64,000 bases of DNA from Octopus vulgaris (lineage: Eukaryota). Of the stretch, positions 28,082-38,200 are shown piece by piece; the stretch's first letter is position 1; the number at the start of each line of letters is the position of its first letter. Where the stretch lies: the NCBI GenBank assembly GCA_951406725.2, contig OX597820.1:90334001-90398000 (forward strand), given 5' to 3'. The notes under the pieces are model-generated. The model saw only the letters and a list, made by a program, of their open reading frames with translations, was not told where the DNA came from and did no database searches. Position numbers and translations under genes: made by a program.

Positions 28082-28461
28082 GTTTGTGTATACAATAATG
28101 ATAAGAATTCTTGAGAGAAGCTGGTACTTATATGATATGAACCAGGTAAAGTTGAGTTAACATCTGATCACCACATTTTGTCGAATAAATAACCCGTAAA
28201 GTATTCAGGTTGTGCACATGAGAAGAAAAACACCGATACATGTATTTAGCAACTAGGGATTGGTCCCAAGCTTACGGTGTGTTGATCATGTTGCTTGGTA
28301 TACTTTAGGATGTCCAATGTGTCGTAAATATATATATGCTGCATTATAAGCAAATAAATATTAAGAGACGATGAATAAATGTCAGTTCATTAAACCCGTT
28401 TCTTACACATTTTTAATAGATGTAACGTATTCATTTATATATTAAAAAGGCGTAAGAAACG

Positions 28462-28528
<67 letters not shown>

Positions 28529-28558
28529 TATTTATACATGTGACTCCTGTCACAACCT

Positions 28559-28602
28559 GGGATATTGAAGACTGCTATAACGCATGAAAGTATATTAGTC
28601 CC
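28559..28602 (+). ncRNA. Hammerhead-like motif in a short pLTR-end fragment embedded in (TA)n
   Basis: GGGAUA-UUGAAGA-c UGC uauaac GCA u-GAAA-GUAUAU-UA-GUCCC. Motif and downstream AT-rich sequence resemble the end of the intact element's pLTR. Confidence 0.5.
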
Positions 28603-28658
28603 CTAATATTTTATATTCAACATTTCATCTATTCAATAAGACAATCAATACTTCATTT

Positions 28659-28695
<37 letters not shown>

Positions 28696-28933
28696 CTATA
28701 CTATATATTCTACATTCTACATTAATATTATGAAGAATATAAATAAAACATAAAAAACAGAGGTGGAATTTCTTTGAATAATAGATATCCCTCTATACAC
28801 AATCATACAATATATAAATATATATATGTATATATATATATATATATATATAAATAATAAATATTAGGGAATAAATCCAAATTTACAGGAAAAAATCAGA
28901 TTTAAGATTAAATCCAATTTTATAGTAAAATAT

Positions 28934-29109
28934 TATAAAATATTATTAGAGACAAAACCACTATTTTGCAAAACAAACAAGGAAAGACTTAATCAATACA
29001 TAAAATTTTAATAAATAGTCAAAAAAATTTTAATAAATAGTCAAAATTTATTAAAATTTTATGTATTGATTAAGTCTTTCCTTGTTTGTTTTGCAAAATA
29101 GCTCTAATA

Positions 29110-29119
<10 letters not shown>
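28934..29119. repeat. Foldback inverted repeat (56-bp perfect plus 18-bp arm)
   Basis: 28961-29016 is the reverse complement of 29046-29101; 28934-28951 pairs with 29102-29119. Confidence 0.9.
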
Positions 29120-29160
<41 letters not shown>

Positions 29161-29395
29161 TAAGCAATTAAGTGTTTAGCAACGAATTGCCTTACCACAC
29201 ACGGAATTTAGAAATAGCAGTCAAAGAGATTATAGCTATTTCTTCTACTAAAAGGGAGATCACAGTAAAGACACAGCACCTGAAAGGCAAACACAAACAG
29301 GTAAGAGAGCATGAATTAACGGCAATCTATCATACAGTTTTAAGTCACCTACGGACCTATTTATATACATACATACATATATATATATATATATT

Positions 29396-29440
<45 letters not shown>

Positions 29441-30299
29441 CTTTGTTATGCATATTTGTGTGTCGGTATATATGCATACAAATGTAGCATGCTAAAATAT
29501 ACTCGTACATGTTTTTCTAACCTAGATATATATTGAGCAAATAGGTCTATTAGCTGATCGATTTATTAAATATAAAAATTAACCTCTGAACATAGAGAGA
29601 GTGAGTGAGGGAGGGAGGGAGAGAGGTTTCTTGCTCTCTAAATTTCTGATATTTTTTTCAGATAATGTCAAATGCTTCTTGAGCATGCAGTTTGAATACT
29701 AATTCATGACACTTAATGCAATAGTTTTTTTCATATTTTTCTAATGAAACTTCGTTATCTACGTAACTAATTTAATTGAGGGGAAAACAATTGTAATGAT
29801 TTATTTCCAAAATGCAAAATGTTTATTAAATTCATATATTGTACGCTGGAAGATATATATATATATATTTACACGGAAGTTCGTTGCACACAATTATAGC
29901 AACATCGTGTATTATTTATACCACATACATACATATTTCAACGTGTATTTGTGGTGCTGGAAAATTCGAGACTTTCCGTAAAAAAATACAGGTGCATAAG
30001 TTAATTATGATTTTATTTAACATATTCCCCTTTCCACTTATTGCGGTGATTCTAAAGTTTCTATAGGCTCTGTAAAAGAACTCGGAAGTTTGGGTCTCCC
30101 ACTAGGCCTTTCGTGACACCCTGATAGGTTTGAATTGCTCACGGGCAACCTATAATATATGTTTATGTGTATGTATGTATATATATATACATATATATAT
30201 CAGCAAAAGCGATGCTAGTCAGTAGCCACTGTCACTTTTGTGATCTCGATTAATTTTGAATTTAGGTACTAATTGCTAAGAAGCAGAACATTTTTATTT

Positions 30300-30337
<38 letters not shown>

Positions 30338-30346
<9 letters not shown>

Positions 30347-30968
30347 TAAAAAGAATTCCAACCTTGTCTGATTTTCACGTTTTATTTACAATCTTATAAT
30401 GATATATTATAAGATAATATATTATAATTGAATAAAATAAAATGAAATAGTAGAATGTTAAATATTCATTCTGATTGAACTAGTACTTTCATGCATTGAA
30501 TTCTGCAATCTTCGGGTTCATCTAGTAGTGTTGACAGTCATGCTTCACAATTTTTGACTGTAGCAAGATGAGTGATTCTGTGCTATAAATACAGCTGGGT
30601 AGGCTCCAGAGTGCTAGGTTTTGCAAACTGTATTCTGACCAATCAGTGTGTAGTATCACTCAATTACTTAAGCTGATTGGTTGGTTGAGCTGATTGGTTT
30701 AGGCATCACGCTTTGTTGGACAGGTCAAGAGTCCTGTTTCTTGACCCTGGCCGAAGCAGCAATTGTTGGGTTATTTTTAGAAATGTTGTAAATATCCTTT
30801 GTCAGAGATTTTTATATTTTTATATTTCAATTGTCATCATCATCATTGTCAGCACCTTAATTATTGTTGCTAGTGGTGATGGTGGTGGCAATAGAACTTT
30901 TAACCCTAAATAAGATAATTTTCCTGCTATCTTCGTCTTGATCACCTTTAGTATTGTTGTTGTTGTTA
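30338..30968 (-). repeat. 3' pseudo-LTR of the PLE
   Basis: Starts 47 nt after the pol stop and matches 34603-35233 with no difference seen by eye. AATAAA on the minus strand at 30386-30381 near its end. Confidence 0.95.
30476..30520 (-). ncRNA. Minimal type I hammerhead ribozyme (3' pLTR)
   Basis: UGAAC-CCGAAGA-U UGCA gaauucaa UGCA U-GAAA-GUAC-UA-GUUCA: stem I UGAAC/GUUCA, variant core CCGANGA, stem II UGCA/UGCA, palindromic stem III GUAC, UH site. Confidence 0.75.
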
Positions 30969-31014
30969 GTGGTCATGGTCGTAGCAGTGGAAGTAATACC
31001 TCTAAGTATTATTA

Positions 31015-33342
31015 TTATTGCTTATTTAGCTTGGGTTCGAATTTATCAATAAAATTCTTTTCTCTGATTTTCCTCTCGATTTCACTTGGGCTGTGTAATT
31101 TGTAGAATGGAAATATTATATATATTTTCCGACCACATGTTGCTAGGTGGTTACTCAAAGGTATCTGACGGACCTCTGGGTCTCTAATCTGTTGCCGGTG
31201 TACACGTGAGCGTTCTAATAGTGCGTTTCCCGTCTGACCTACATATATTTCTTCACAATTTGGGCATTTGATGCAGTAAATTAAATTTCTGCTTTTGCAG
31301 TTCATATTCGCGTTTGTGAATATTTTCCCGGTTTTTGTGTTTATATATTGACCGGTATGTATGAATTGGCATGTGCCACATCGGCTATCATTGCATTTAG
31401 ATACCGTGAATGTTTGGTCTTTGTTGCTGAGGTCAAATTTTGCCTTTGTTAGTAATGTTTTCAAGTTTTTAGGCTGTCTTTTACTAAGCACCATAGCTCG
31501 ATCCTTGATTATGTCTTTTAATTCATTACTTTGGGCAATGATTGGTAGGTTTGCTTTGGCAATGTTGAAGATATTCTGGTGACATGGGTTGTGTGTCACT
31601 ATGAATGGTATGACTTGTTCTTGTTTTCCTCTTCCTTGGGTTGTCCTAAGTTGTTGTATAGGTATTTTTATAGCCCGCTGTATGCCATTTTCTATAAGTA
31701 GAGATGGGTATTTTTGTTTGAGCAAAAATTCTCTTAGTTCTATTAGGCGTTTGTTCCTGATATTTGCATCTTCTACAATAGTACAAATTCTTCTGGCTAG
31801 GCAGTATGGGATGTTACGTTTTGTATGTGGTGGATGGCACGACTTAAAATTTAGGTATTGATGTGTGTCTGTGTGTTTATAGTATATATCTGTGGTGATG
31901 GTGGTGTCTTTTTTAATTACCATTATATCCAGGAATGGTAATTTGGTACTACTCATCTCCTTTGTAAATTTGAGAGATGGGTGTAGGTTGTTCAGGAGGA
32001 TATTGAACTCTTCCAGAGTATTTAGAGATTCTGTCCAGATTATGAAACAGTCGTCTAGGTATCTCTTCCATGCCTTTTCAATATACTTTCTAAATCCAGT
32101 GCCATAGTTTACCTCCACCTCTTGGTAGAGTTGTTCTTCTAAGTATCCCATTACAGAGTTGGCGTAAACGGGAGCAAACCTCGTTCCCATCGCCGTGCCT
32201 CTAATTTGGATGTAATTCTTTCCATTGAAGAAGAATGTGTTATTTTCTAGAATAAGTTTGACTGTGTCTAATATAAATGGCACTGTGAATCTGCTGGGAA
32301 TCACTTCTCTATGTTTTTCTAACCAGTATTTAATCGCCTTTATTCCTAAATCGTGTGGAATATTGGTGTAGAGGCTTACCACATCAAAACTTAGCAAAAC
32401 TGAATTTGTTTCTGTTGTTTTGGGAAGATGGGACAGGAAGTCGATGTCATCCCTGATGAAACTTGGTATGTAAATACATAGTGGTTTCAAAACAATGTCA
32501 ATAAAATTGCTTAGACGGTGTGTAGGGCATGCTGGACCAGCTATAATAGGTCTAAGTTTTAGGTCTTTTGGATGTAATAATTTTATGTACTCACTTTCTT
32601 GTTCTTTTACTGCCTGTTGAATGTTTTTTGATTTGTGTATTTTTGGTAAGCCGTAGAAGTTGCTGGGTTTTGGTTCAAAATTGGTGATGTAGTCTTTTTC
32701 ATTATCCGTAAGTGAGTTGTGGTGTGTTGAAATCAGGTTGTTGATCTTTTTCATGATGTGGTGGTCTATATTTGCGGGTATTTCACAATAGAAGGTTGTA
32801 TCCTTCAGTTGGTCTTCAACCAAATCCTTATAGTATTCGGTATCCATAATAACAATTGCACCACCTTTATCTGCTTGTTTAATTATTATTGTTTGATCGT
32901 TTTGTATACGTTTACATGCAGACATCTCTGATTTGCTAATGTTTGGCCTAACATTGGTATTGCGTCTAAGGGGAAATTTAGACAGGATATCAATGTATTG
33001 GTCAAGGTAGTTATTTCTTCCTTTTGGTGGGGTGAAATTTGATTTATTCCTTACTAGGGATTCATCAATCTCATTACTTTTGTTAGCGAAGAATTCTACA
33101 AGTCGTAATTTTCGACAGAATTTTTGGATATCCTCCTTTAATTCTTGGTGGTTGGCTGTTGGTGTAGGTGTGAATTTCAGTCCTTTTGACAGAAGTTGGA
33201 TTTCATCATTGTCAAGATCTCTTTTTGATAAATTAATTATTTTAGGATCTATACGTTCAGTTGTTTGGGGTATGTTTCCTCTTGGATTTTTTCTTTCTCC
33301 GGTGTTTGTTGTCCTGAAGTAAAAAAATGGATTTTTTTCTGG
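31015..33342 (-). CDS. PLE pol: reverse transcriptase + Cys-rich linker + GIY-YIG endonuclease (frame open 33342-31015; first ATG at 32925)
   Basis: Upstream of the first Met: INLS..LLSKGLKFTPTP and KSNFTPP. RT: ADKGG, YGLPKIHK, LRPII, FDVVSLYTNIP, GTAMGTRFAPVYAN, RYLDD, LPFLD, YYKHTDTHQYL..SCHP. Linker: CNDSRCGTC...C. EN: LIYCIKCPNCEEIYVGQT...R..H...E..FI....PKLN. No internal stops. Confidence 0.95.
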   Translation of the reverse strand, partial: PEKNPFFYFRTTNTGERKNPRGNIPQTTERIDPKIINLSKRDLDNDEIQLLSKGLKFTPTPTANHQELKEDIQKFCRKLRLVEFFANKSNEIDESLVRNKSNFTPPKGRNNYLDQYIDILSKFPLRRNTNVRPNISKSEMSACKRIQNDQTIIIKQADKGGAIVIMDTEYYKDLVEDQLKDTTFYCEIPANIDHHIMKKINNLISTHHNSLTDNEKDYITNFEPKPSNFYGLPKIHKSKNIQQAVKEQESEYIKLLHPKDLKLRPIIAGPACPTHRLSNFIDIVLKPLCIYIPSFIRDDIDFLSHLPKTTETNSVLLSFDVVSLYTNIPHDLGIKAIKYWLEKHREVIPSRFTVPFILDTVKLILENNTFFFNGKNYIQIRGTAMGTRFAPVYANSVMGYLEEQLYQEVEVNYGTGFRKYIEKAWKRYLDDCFIIWTESLNTLEEFNILLNNLHPSLKFTKEMSSTKLPFLDIMVIKKDTTITTDIYYKHTDTHQYLNFKSCHPPHTKRNIPYCLARRICTIVEDANIRNKRLIELREFLLKQKYPSLLIENGIQRAIKIPIQQLRTTQGRGKQEQVIPFIVTHNPCHQNIFNIAKANLPIIAQSNELKDIIKDRAMVLSKRQPKNLKTLLTKAKFDLSNKDQTFTVSKCNDSRCGTCQFIHTGQYINTKTGKIFTNANMNCKSRNLIYCIKCPNCEEIYVGQTGNALLERSRVHRQQIRDPEVRQIPLSNHLATCGRKIYIIFPFYKLHSPSEIERKIREKNFIDKFEPKLNKQ

Positions 33343-34535
33343 TTATGATTTATATTCCTGTTGATGTTTGCTTGATGAATTTTGCGTTTTGGTTGTGGTA
33401 CTTTACTTGGTTTCGTTATGTTTTCTGTCTTGTTTTTGGTATTATGTATGCTACTTTTCAATTTCTTGTTAGCATTGTTTTTAACCACCTGGAGAAATGA
33501 TCTGGGTTTACTTCTAGATCTAGATCGGTTTTTTGTCCAGTTTCTTGTGGGTAATCTCTGTTGAGGTCTTGAAAATGATCTCCTGTTATTTCTACTGCTA
33601 ATGGTCTGTTCAAAACAATTTTGTTTGTGCTTTTTGTTCATGTTGTGTGCATTAGGGTGTTTGCATACAAAATGGGAAGAGTTCTTACCGTAGTTCGTCT
33701 TCGATTCGTGGTGAAACGGGTGTTCATGTTGCCACGTGTTCTGGTGTATGTTGCGTTGGTGAGGTTGTCCACTTTTAATGCTATTTCTCGGAGTTCTAGT
33801 GTCTTTACCGTAATTTGTAGCATATTTGTCGAGAAATAATTGTTTCCGCTGCCAAAACTTTCTTGATCTGCTTTCTTCTTTTGAGATATCTCTGATCCAT
33901 AGTTCTCGCATTTTTTCTGCTATATTGCCGGTCGATAGTTTGGATATTTCATCTCTGATTTGATCATCGATAGCTTCGTATTTGGCTTTGTAACGGGATT
34001 GTTTAGACAGGGTAATGGAGATGTCGGTCCTGAATTTTATCAAACTAAGGTCCCATCGAAGTTTAGTTTCTTCCTCTGGTTCTCCTGCAATTTCTTTAAT
34101 TAGGTACTTCCGAGGAAGTATGGGTGCCGCTAAAGATATCCATTTCGAATGTATTTCAGCATATTTTTCGCATTTATATGCCTTCCAGAAGTTTTGTTTT
34201 CTTATGTTAAGGAGTTTTTTCCATGTCTTCTGTATCTCTTCTCTTTTTCGGTGTGCCTCTTTTTCCAGATTTCTTTCGTTTATTTCTGACATCCAAGGAG
34301 GTTGTGGTAGGCTTTCTCTTGTAGATTTTATAATTGTTGGTATCATTTCAGCTAAATTCTTAATTTCAGAGTTTATGTGTTCATTTCCAAGTTTTCCGTC
34401 TGTAGACTGTTTTTCTATTTCCTTTAAAATAGAGGATTGTGTGTCAATCATCGTGATGAGTGTTGATAATTTCGATGAAATTTCCATTAGAATTCTTTCG
34501 GATTCTGTTAATTTTGTTTGTTGCTTTCCAGACAT
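33249..34535 (-). CDS. PLE ORF1, 428 aa: predicted N-terminal coiled coil, Trp-rich helical middle, basic R/S/K/N-rich C-terminus
   Basis: Long uninterrupted ORF in AT-rich DNA between the 5' pLTR and pol, ATG 68 nt from the pLTR end. Heptad-like LSTLITMIDTQSSILKEI and RSRSRSKPRS basic tail. Function inferred only. Confidence 0.85.
   Translation of the reverse strand: MSGKQQTKLTESERILMEISSKLSTLITMIDTQSSILKEIEKQSTDGKLGNEHINSEIKNLAEMIPTIIKSTRESLPQPPWMSEINERNLEKEAHRKREEIQKTWKKLLNIRKQNFWKAYKCEKYAEIHSKWISLAAPILPRKYLIKEIAGEPEEETKLRWDLSLIKFRTDISITLSKQSRYKAKYEAIDDQIRDEISKLSTGNIAEKMRELWIRDISKEESRSRKFWQRKQLFLDKYATNYGKDTRTPRNSIKSGQPHQRNIHQNTWQHEHPFHHESKTNYGKNSSHFVCKHPNAHNMNKKHKQNCFEQTISSRNNRRSFSRPQQRLPTRNWTKNRSRSRSKPRSFLQVVKNNANKKLKSSIHNTKNKTENITKPSKVPQPKRKIHQANINRNINHNQKKIHFFTSGQQTPEKEKIQEETYPKQLNV
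33321..33327 (-). promoter_or_regulatory. Candidate -1 ribosomal frameshift slippery heptamer U_UUU_UUU
   Basis: ORF1 reads caU UUU UUU ACU. A -1 slip enters the pol frame (UUU UUU UAC UUC AGG...), which opens only 5 codons earlier, after TAA at 33345-33343. Confidence 0.6.
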
Positions 34536-34740
34536 GTTGGCATATACACAATAGGAATATAGATATATATATATATGGGTGTGTGTGATTGTGTATAGAA
34601 GAATATATTAATAAAAAGAATTCCAACCTTGTCTGATTTTCACGTTTTATTTACAATCTTATAATGATATATTATAAGATAATATATTATAATTGAATAA
34701 AATAAAATGAAATAGTAGAATGTTAAATATTCATTCTGAT

Positions 34741-34785
34741 TGAACTAGTACTTTCATGCATTGAATTCTGCAATCTTCGGGTTCA
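34741..34785 (-). ncRNA. Minimal type I hammerhead ribozyme (5' pLTR)
   Basis: Identical copy of 30476-30520. Confidence 0.75.
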
Positions 34786-34819
34786 TCTAGTAGTGTTGAC
34801 AGTCATGCTTCACAATTTT

Positions 34820-34965
34820 TGACTGTAGCAAGATGAGTGATTCTGTGCTATAAATACAGCTGGGTAGGCTCCAGAGTGCTAGGTTTTGCAAACTGTATTC
34901 TGACCAATCAGTGTGTAGTATCACTCAATTACTTAAGCTGATTGGTTGGTTGAGCTGATTGGTTT
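34820..34965 (-). promoter_or_regulatory. Putative pLTR Pol II promoter (three CCAAT boxes, TATA-like element)
   Basis: On the minus strand: CCAATCAG at ~34962 and ~34945, a reverse CCAATCAG at 34904, then TATTTATA at 34856-34849, upstream of the hammerhead and ORF1. Confidence 0.45.
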
Positions 34966-35235
34966 AGGCATCACGCTTTGTTGGACAGGTCAAGAGTCCT
35001 GTTTCTTGACCCTGGCCGAAGCAGCAATTGTTGGGTTATTTTTAGAAATGTTGTAAATATCCTTTGTCAGAGATTTTTATATTTTTATATTTCAATTGTC
35101 ATCATCATCATTGTCAGCACCTTAATTATTGTTGCTAGTGGTGATGGTGGTGGCAATAGAACTTTTAACCCTAAATAAGATAATTTTCCTGCTATCTTCG
35201 TCTTGATCACCTTTAGTATTGTTGTTGTTGTTATA

Positions 35236-35271
<36 letters not shown>

Positions 35272-38200
35272 TGTATGTATGTATGTATGCTTGTATGTAT
35301 GCATATGTGTGTGTGTGTGTGTGTGTGGCCGCGTTGTATCGTTGGCGATTTTTTCCTCCGTCTTCCCTTCCTTGGGTCTTTCCTTTTTCTATGTTTCTGA
35401 CAAAGAGCTCCCGTCGAAACGTTAAATCCTCCTACTTTCTTTCCTTTCCTGACCGTCCAATAGCATTATACTTGTTCCACGTCCTCGCGTTGTTGTGTTT
35501 TCTCTTCATTTTTTCATGTTTGAATTTACTTATTAACTTTATATAATAATATATGCACACATTCATACAAACATAATTTTGTGTCTTTTATCATCTTAAT
35601 TAAGGCGGATATATCTTTTCGTCTTCCATGGTAGACTTACGTAAGTTTTATAACTAATGTGTTTTTTTTTTTATCGTAAATGTATATCCTTTGCTTGCAT
35701 TTTTTCCCCATCGAAATGGAATGCACGCTGCAGCACTCTCTTGAGAGGATTTTGTATTTGGAAGCAAATGTTTGCTGAATGTCATGTTGTGTATGATGTT
35801 CTTTTGTTAAACATCGAGGGGTATTTTCGGATGACGAAGATTTGTTTGCAGTTTGCAAGAGCATTTTGACATGGGAAAACTGACATTTGGAACATCCCAG
35901 TTTGGTAATATTTCTAGTTCACATTCATGAAAAACACGATATTTAATGTAAAGTATTTTGTAAAGGTGTTTATTCAAACTCTTGTGTATCCATTTGCTAA
36001 TTCTCATTAGACATATTATATTTCAAAAATCATCAAAATATGCTAATTTATATTGGTTTTCGCAGATGAGGTTGAAATTAGGTGTGGTGGGGTGTGTAAT
36101 GGGCCGAGTTGGAAATTCAGTGGTAAAATGGTGACTGGAAAGTGAGGGATGAATAATGAGCTGAGCGTTGAAGGAGTTAAAGGAGATATATATAGAAGGA
36201 GCAACATGCTTAAAAATCATCACATATAGAAGTTTCACTATCGGCGTACAAACAAATCCATCTCCACCCCAGAAGAAAAGTGTGTATCATTATTTGAGTC
36301 TTCGGACCAATGACTTCTGTGAATCAATGACTTCATTTAAACTCACTATTACAGTATCCACACATGAAATTATATGAAACGTTATGTATTTCAATTCCGC
36401 CTTAAATCTAGAGATCGCTTCTGTTATTGCCAGCTTCTTTTGCTCGGTAATAAAATACATGTTTTTCAAATAGAATTTGTCGCACGAAATATTTAATGAT
36501 ATTACAATTAAAACTCTCAGATCTAATTTCAAATAATAATAACAAACGTGTTTACGTTGAAACATTCTTGAAAATACCTGAAGCTATAATGAGGTAAAGT
36601 ATGGAAACATGTGCATTAAGAAATAACTGTAACGACTTAAATATTGAGTTTTTGAAGCAAAATAAGCCAGTAATGAAGTAAAGGACTTTGCACGTGTGCT
36701 AAAGTTTAAAGAACTAATATTTTTAGTTAGGATGCTGATGAAGAGGAGAGCACATTAATATACGAGTGTTGTTTGGTAAATGGCTTTTTGGAAAACTTTG
36801 AACTATTAGTTTGTACCAATATAACTTAATAGTTTTTTGTTTGTATTAATTCAAAGTGACGGCATTTATTGAATATTTCTGATCTTCAATAGATATCGTC
36901 TCATTTAAACTGTCAGCAGATTTATTGATGCTCATTACCATGAAGTCCACCTCATCTGTGCATAAACCATACATAATTGTTCTATTTCCCTATAATTCAC
37001 AACTTCTTTTATCTTCTGTTTTGTGTCGTAAGCAGTAACATGTTCTTTCACTGTCAATAAATAATTTGATAGTTAAGTTACGTTCCTCTTATCTACTTTA
37101 TGAAGAAAATACTATGGATGAGATATTATTACTTAAATTTACGTTCCACTATTTTGGTATTGTGTTTATATACAATCGAAATGTTTGCTCTGTTGCACAT
37201 AATCAGTGTCTCGCGGATGATTGTTCATTGTTGCATGACCAACGAATAAGTCATAGATTTATGTTTTTCTGCATGATTCCTTTGCTTTAGTTGTTTAATT
37301 ACTTGTAATTAAATTCTTCATATCGTTAATACAACTACAGCCCAAATTGAAGGCATTTCTGTCGAATAAATTTCTGTAACGAGGAATTAATGGGAATTTT
37401 TTTTTGTTTAAGGCTACAGAATATGTTAGTATTTTAGACATAATTTTTGAAGAAAAGGGATGCACAGCCAAATACCTTGGCGTCTATTCCTATTAGCTTG
37501 TGGCGGATATTCAGGGATATATTATAAGCTCATTAGCATGGCGACATTTTTTTATTTGTTTTATGGTGCCGTTGTTGATTGGTTATTGAATGATTGATTA
37601 TTTTCCCACTGTATTGTTGTTTATGCTCTCGACCTATAAATTGTCCTGAGGACTTTGTAAATTCAGAGAAGAAACAGTAATAGTTTTTGATATCTTGGAG
37701 CAACTTTCTGCAATTTAAGTTCTAATCACGCTGAATTCCTTATTGCCTTTATATTTCCGGGTGAATTATATAAATTATTAGCCTAGAGTGGTGTGGAAGG
37801 GCAAAATTATTCTGTCTCTTATAGCGCTCTACATTTTCTTTCATCACGCGGTTAACGCCACGGCCTAGACATTGATTATCCTTAGTGGACGTCAGTCTAT
37901 TGCATATATTCAGAATAGTTCCTTAATTTGAGGAAAACGTCCCTTGCTGGTGTCACTGTGTTCTGACAAAATTGAAAGTCTTAACACTTGCCATTTTACC
38001 CCTAAATATATTTACGAACTCTAGTTAATGATAGTGAATATTATCAGGTCATACTTATAGAGAATATTTTATTACATTTATGTTAATTGTATCTAGCATA
38101 CTGAGTTGGCGAGCTGCGATATAACCAGTTGGGATGTCTCCATCCAAGTTTAATTTTGTGATTTAAAAAATTCATTGTAGGTGTATCTATCATAGTTACA

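Larger units (their letters stand above)
30338..35233 (-). mobile_element. Full-length Penelope-like retroelement (Neptune-like, C-terminal GIY-YIG EN) with tandem pseudo-LTRs, ORF1 and pol
   Basis: Direct repeats 30338-30968 and 34603-35233 (offset 4265) flank ORF1 and an intact RT+GIY-YIG frame. No integrase or protease, no TG..CA ends. Both outer junctions lie in (TA)n. Confidence 0.95.
34603..35233 (-). repeat. 5' pseudo-LTR of the PLE
   Basis: Direct repeat of 30338-30968; the same 66-aa antisense ORF appears in both copies in the ORF track. Confidence 0.95.

Noticed and set aside
29945-30125. Possible mariner 3' end remnant (similar case at ~35600-35940)
   Set aside because: Too short and degenerate to call with confidence.
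30713-30913. Duplicated 66-aa ORF (also 34978-35178)
   Set aside because: TTG start, low complexity, duplicated only because it lies in the pLTR.
31015-33342. Naiad/Chlamys-type (selenoprotein) PLE
   Set aside because: The EN is C-terminal and there are no in-frame TGA codons.
31361-34554. Plus-strand ORFs of 60-179 aa inside the PLE
   Set aside because: Antisense shadows of ORF1 and pol; no motifs.
30338-35233. LTR retrotransposon or retrovirus (long direct repeats plus two ORFs)
   Set aside because: RT motifs are PLE-type with a GIY-YIG EN; no protease, RNase H or integrase, and no TG..CA ends, PBS or PPT.
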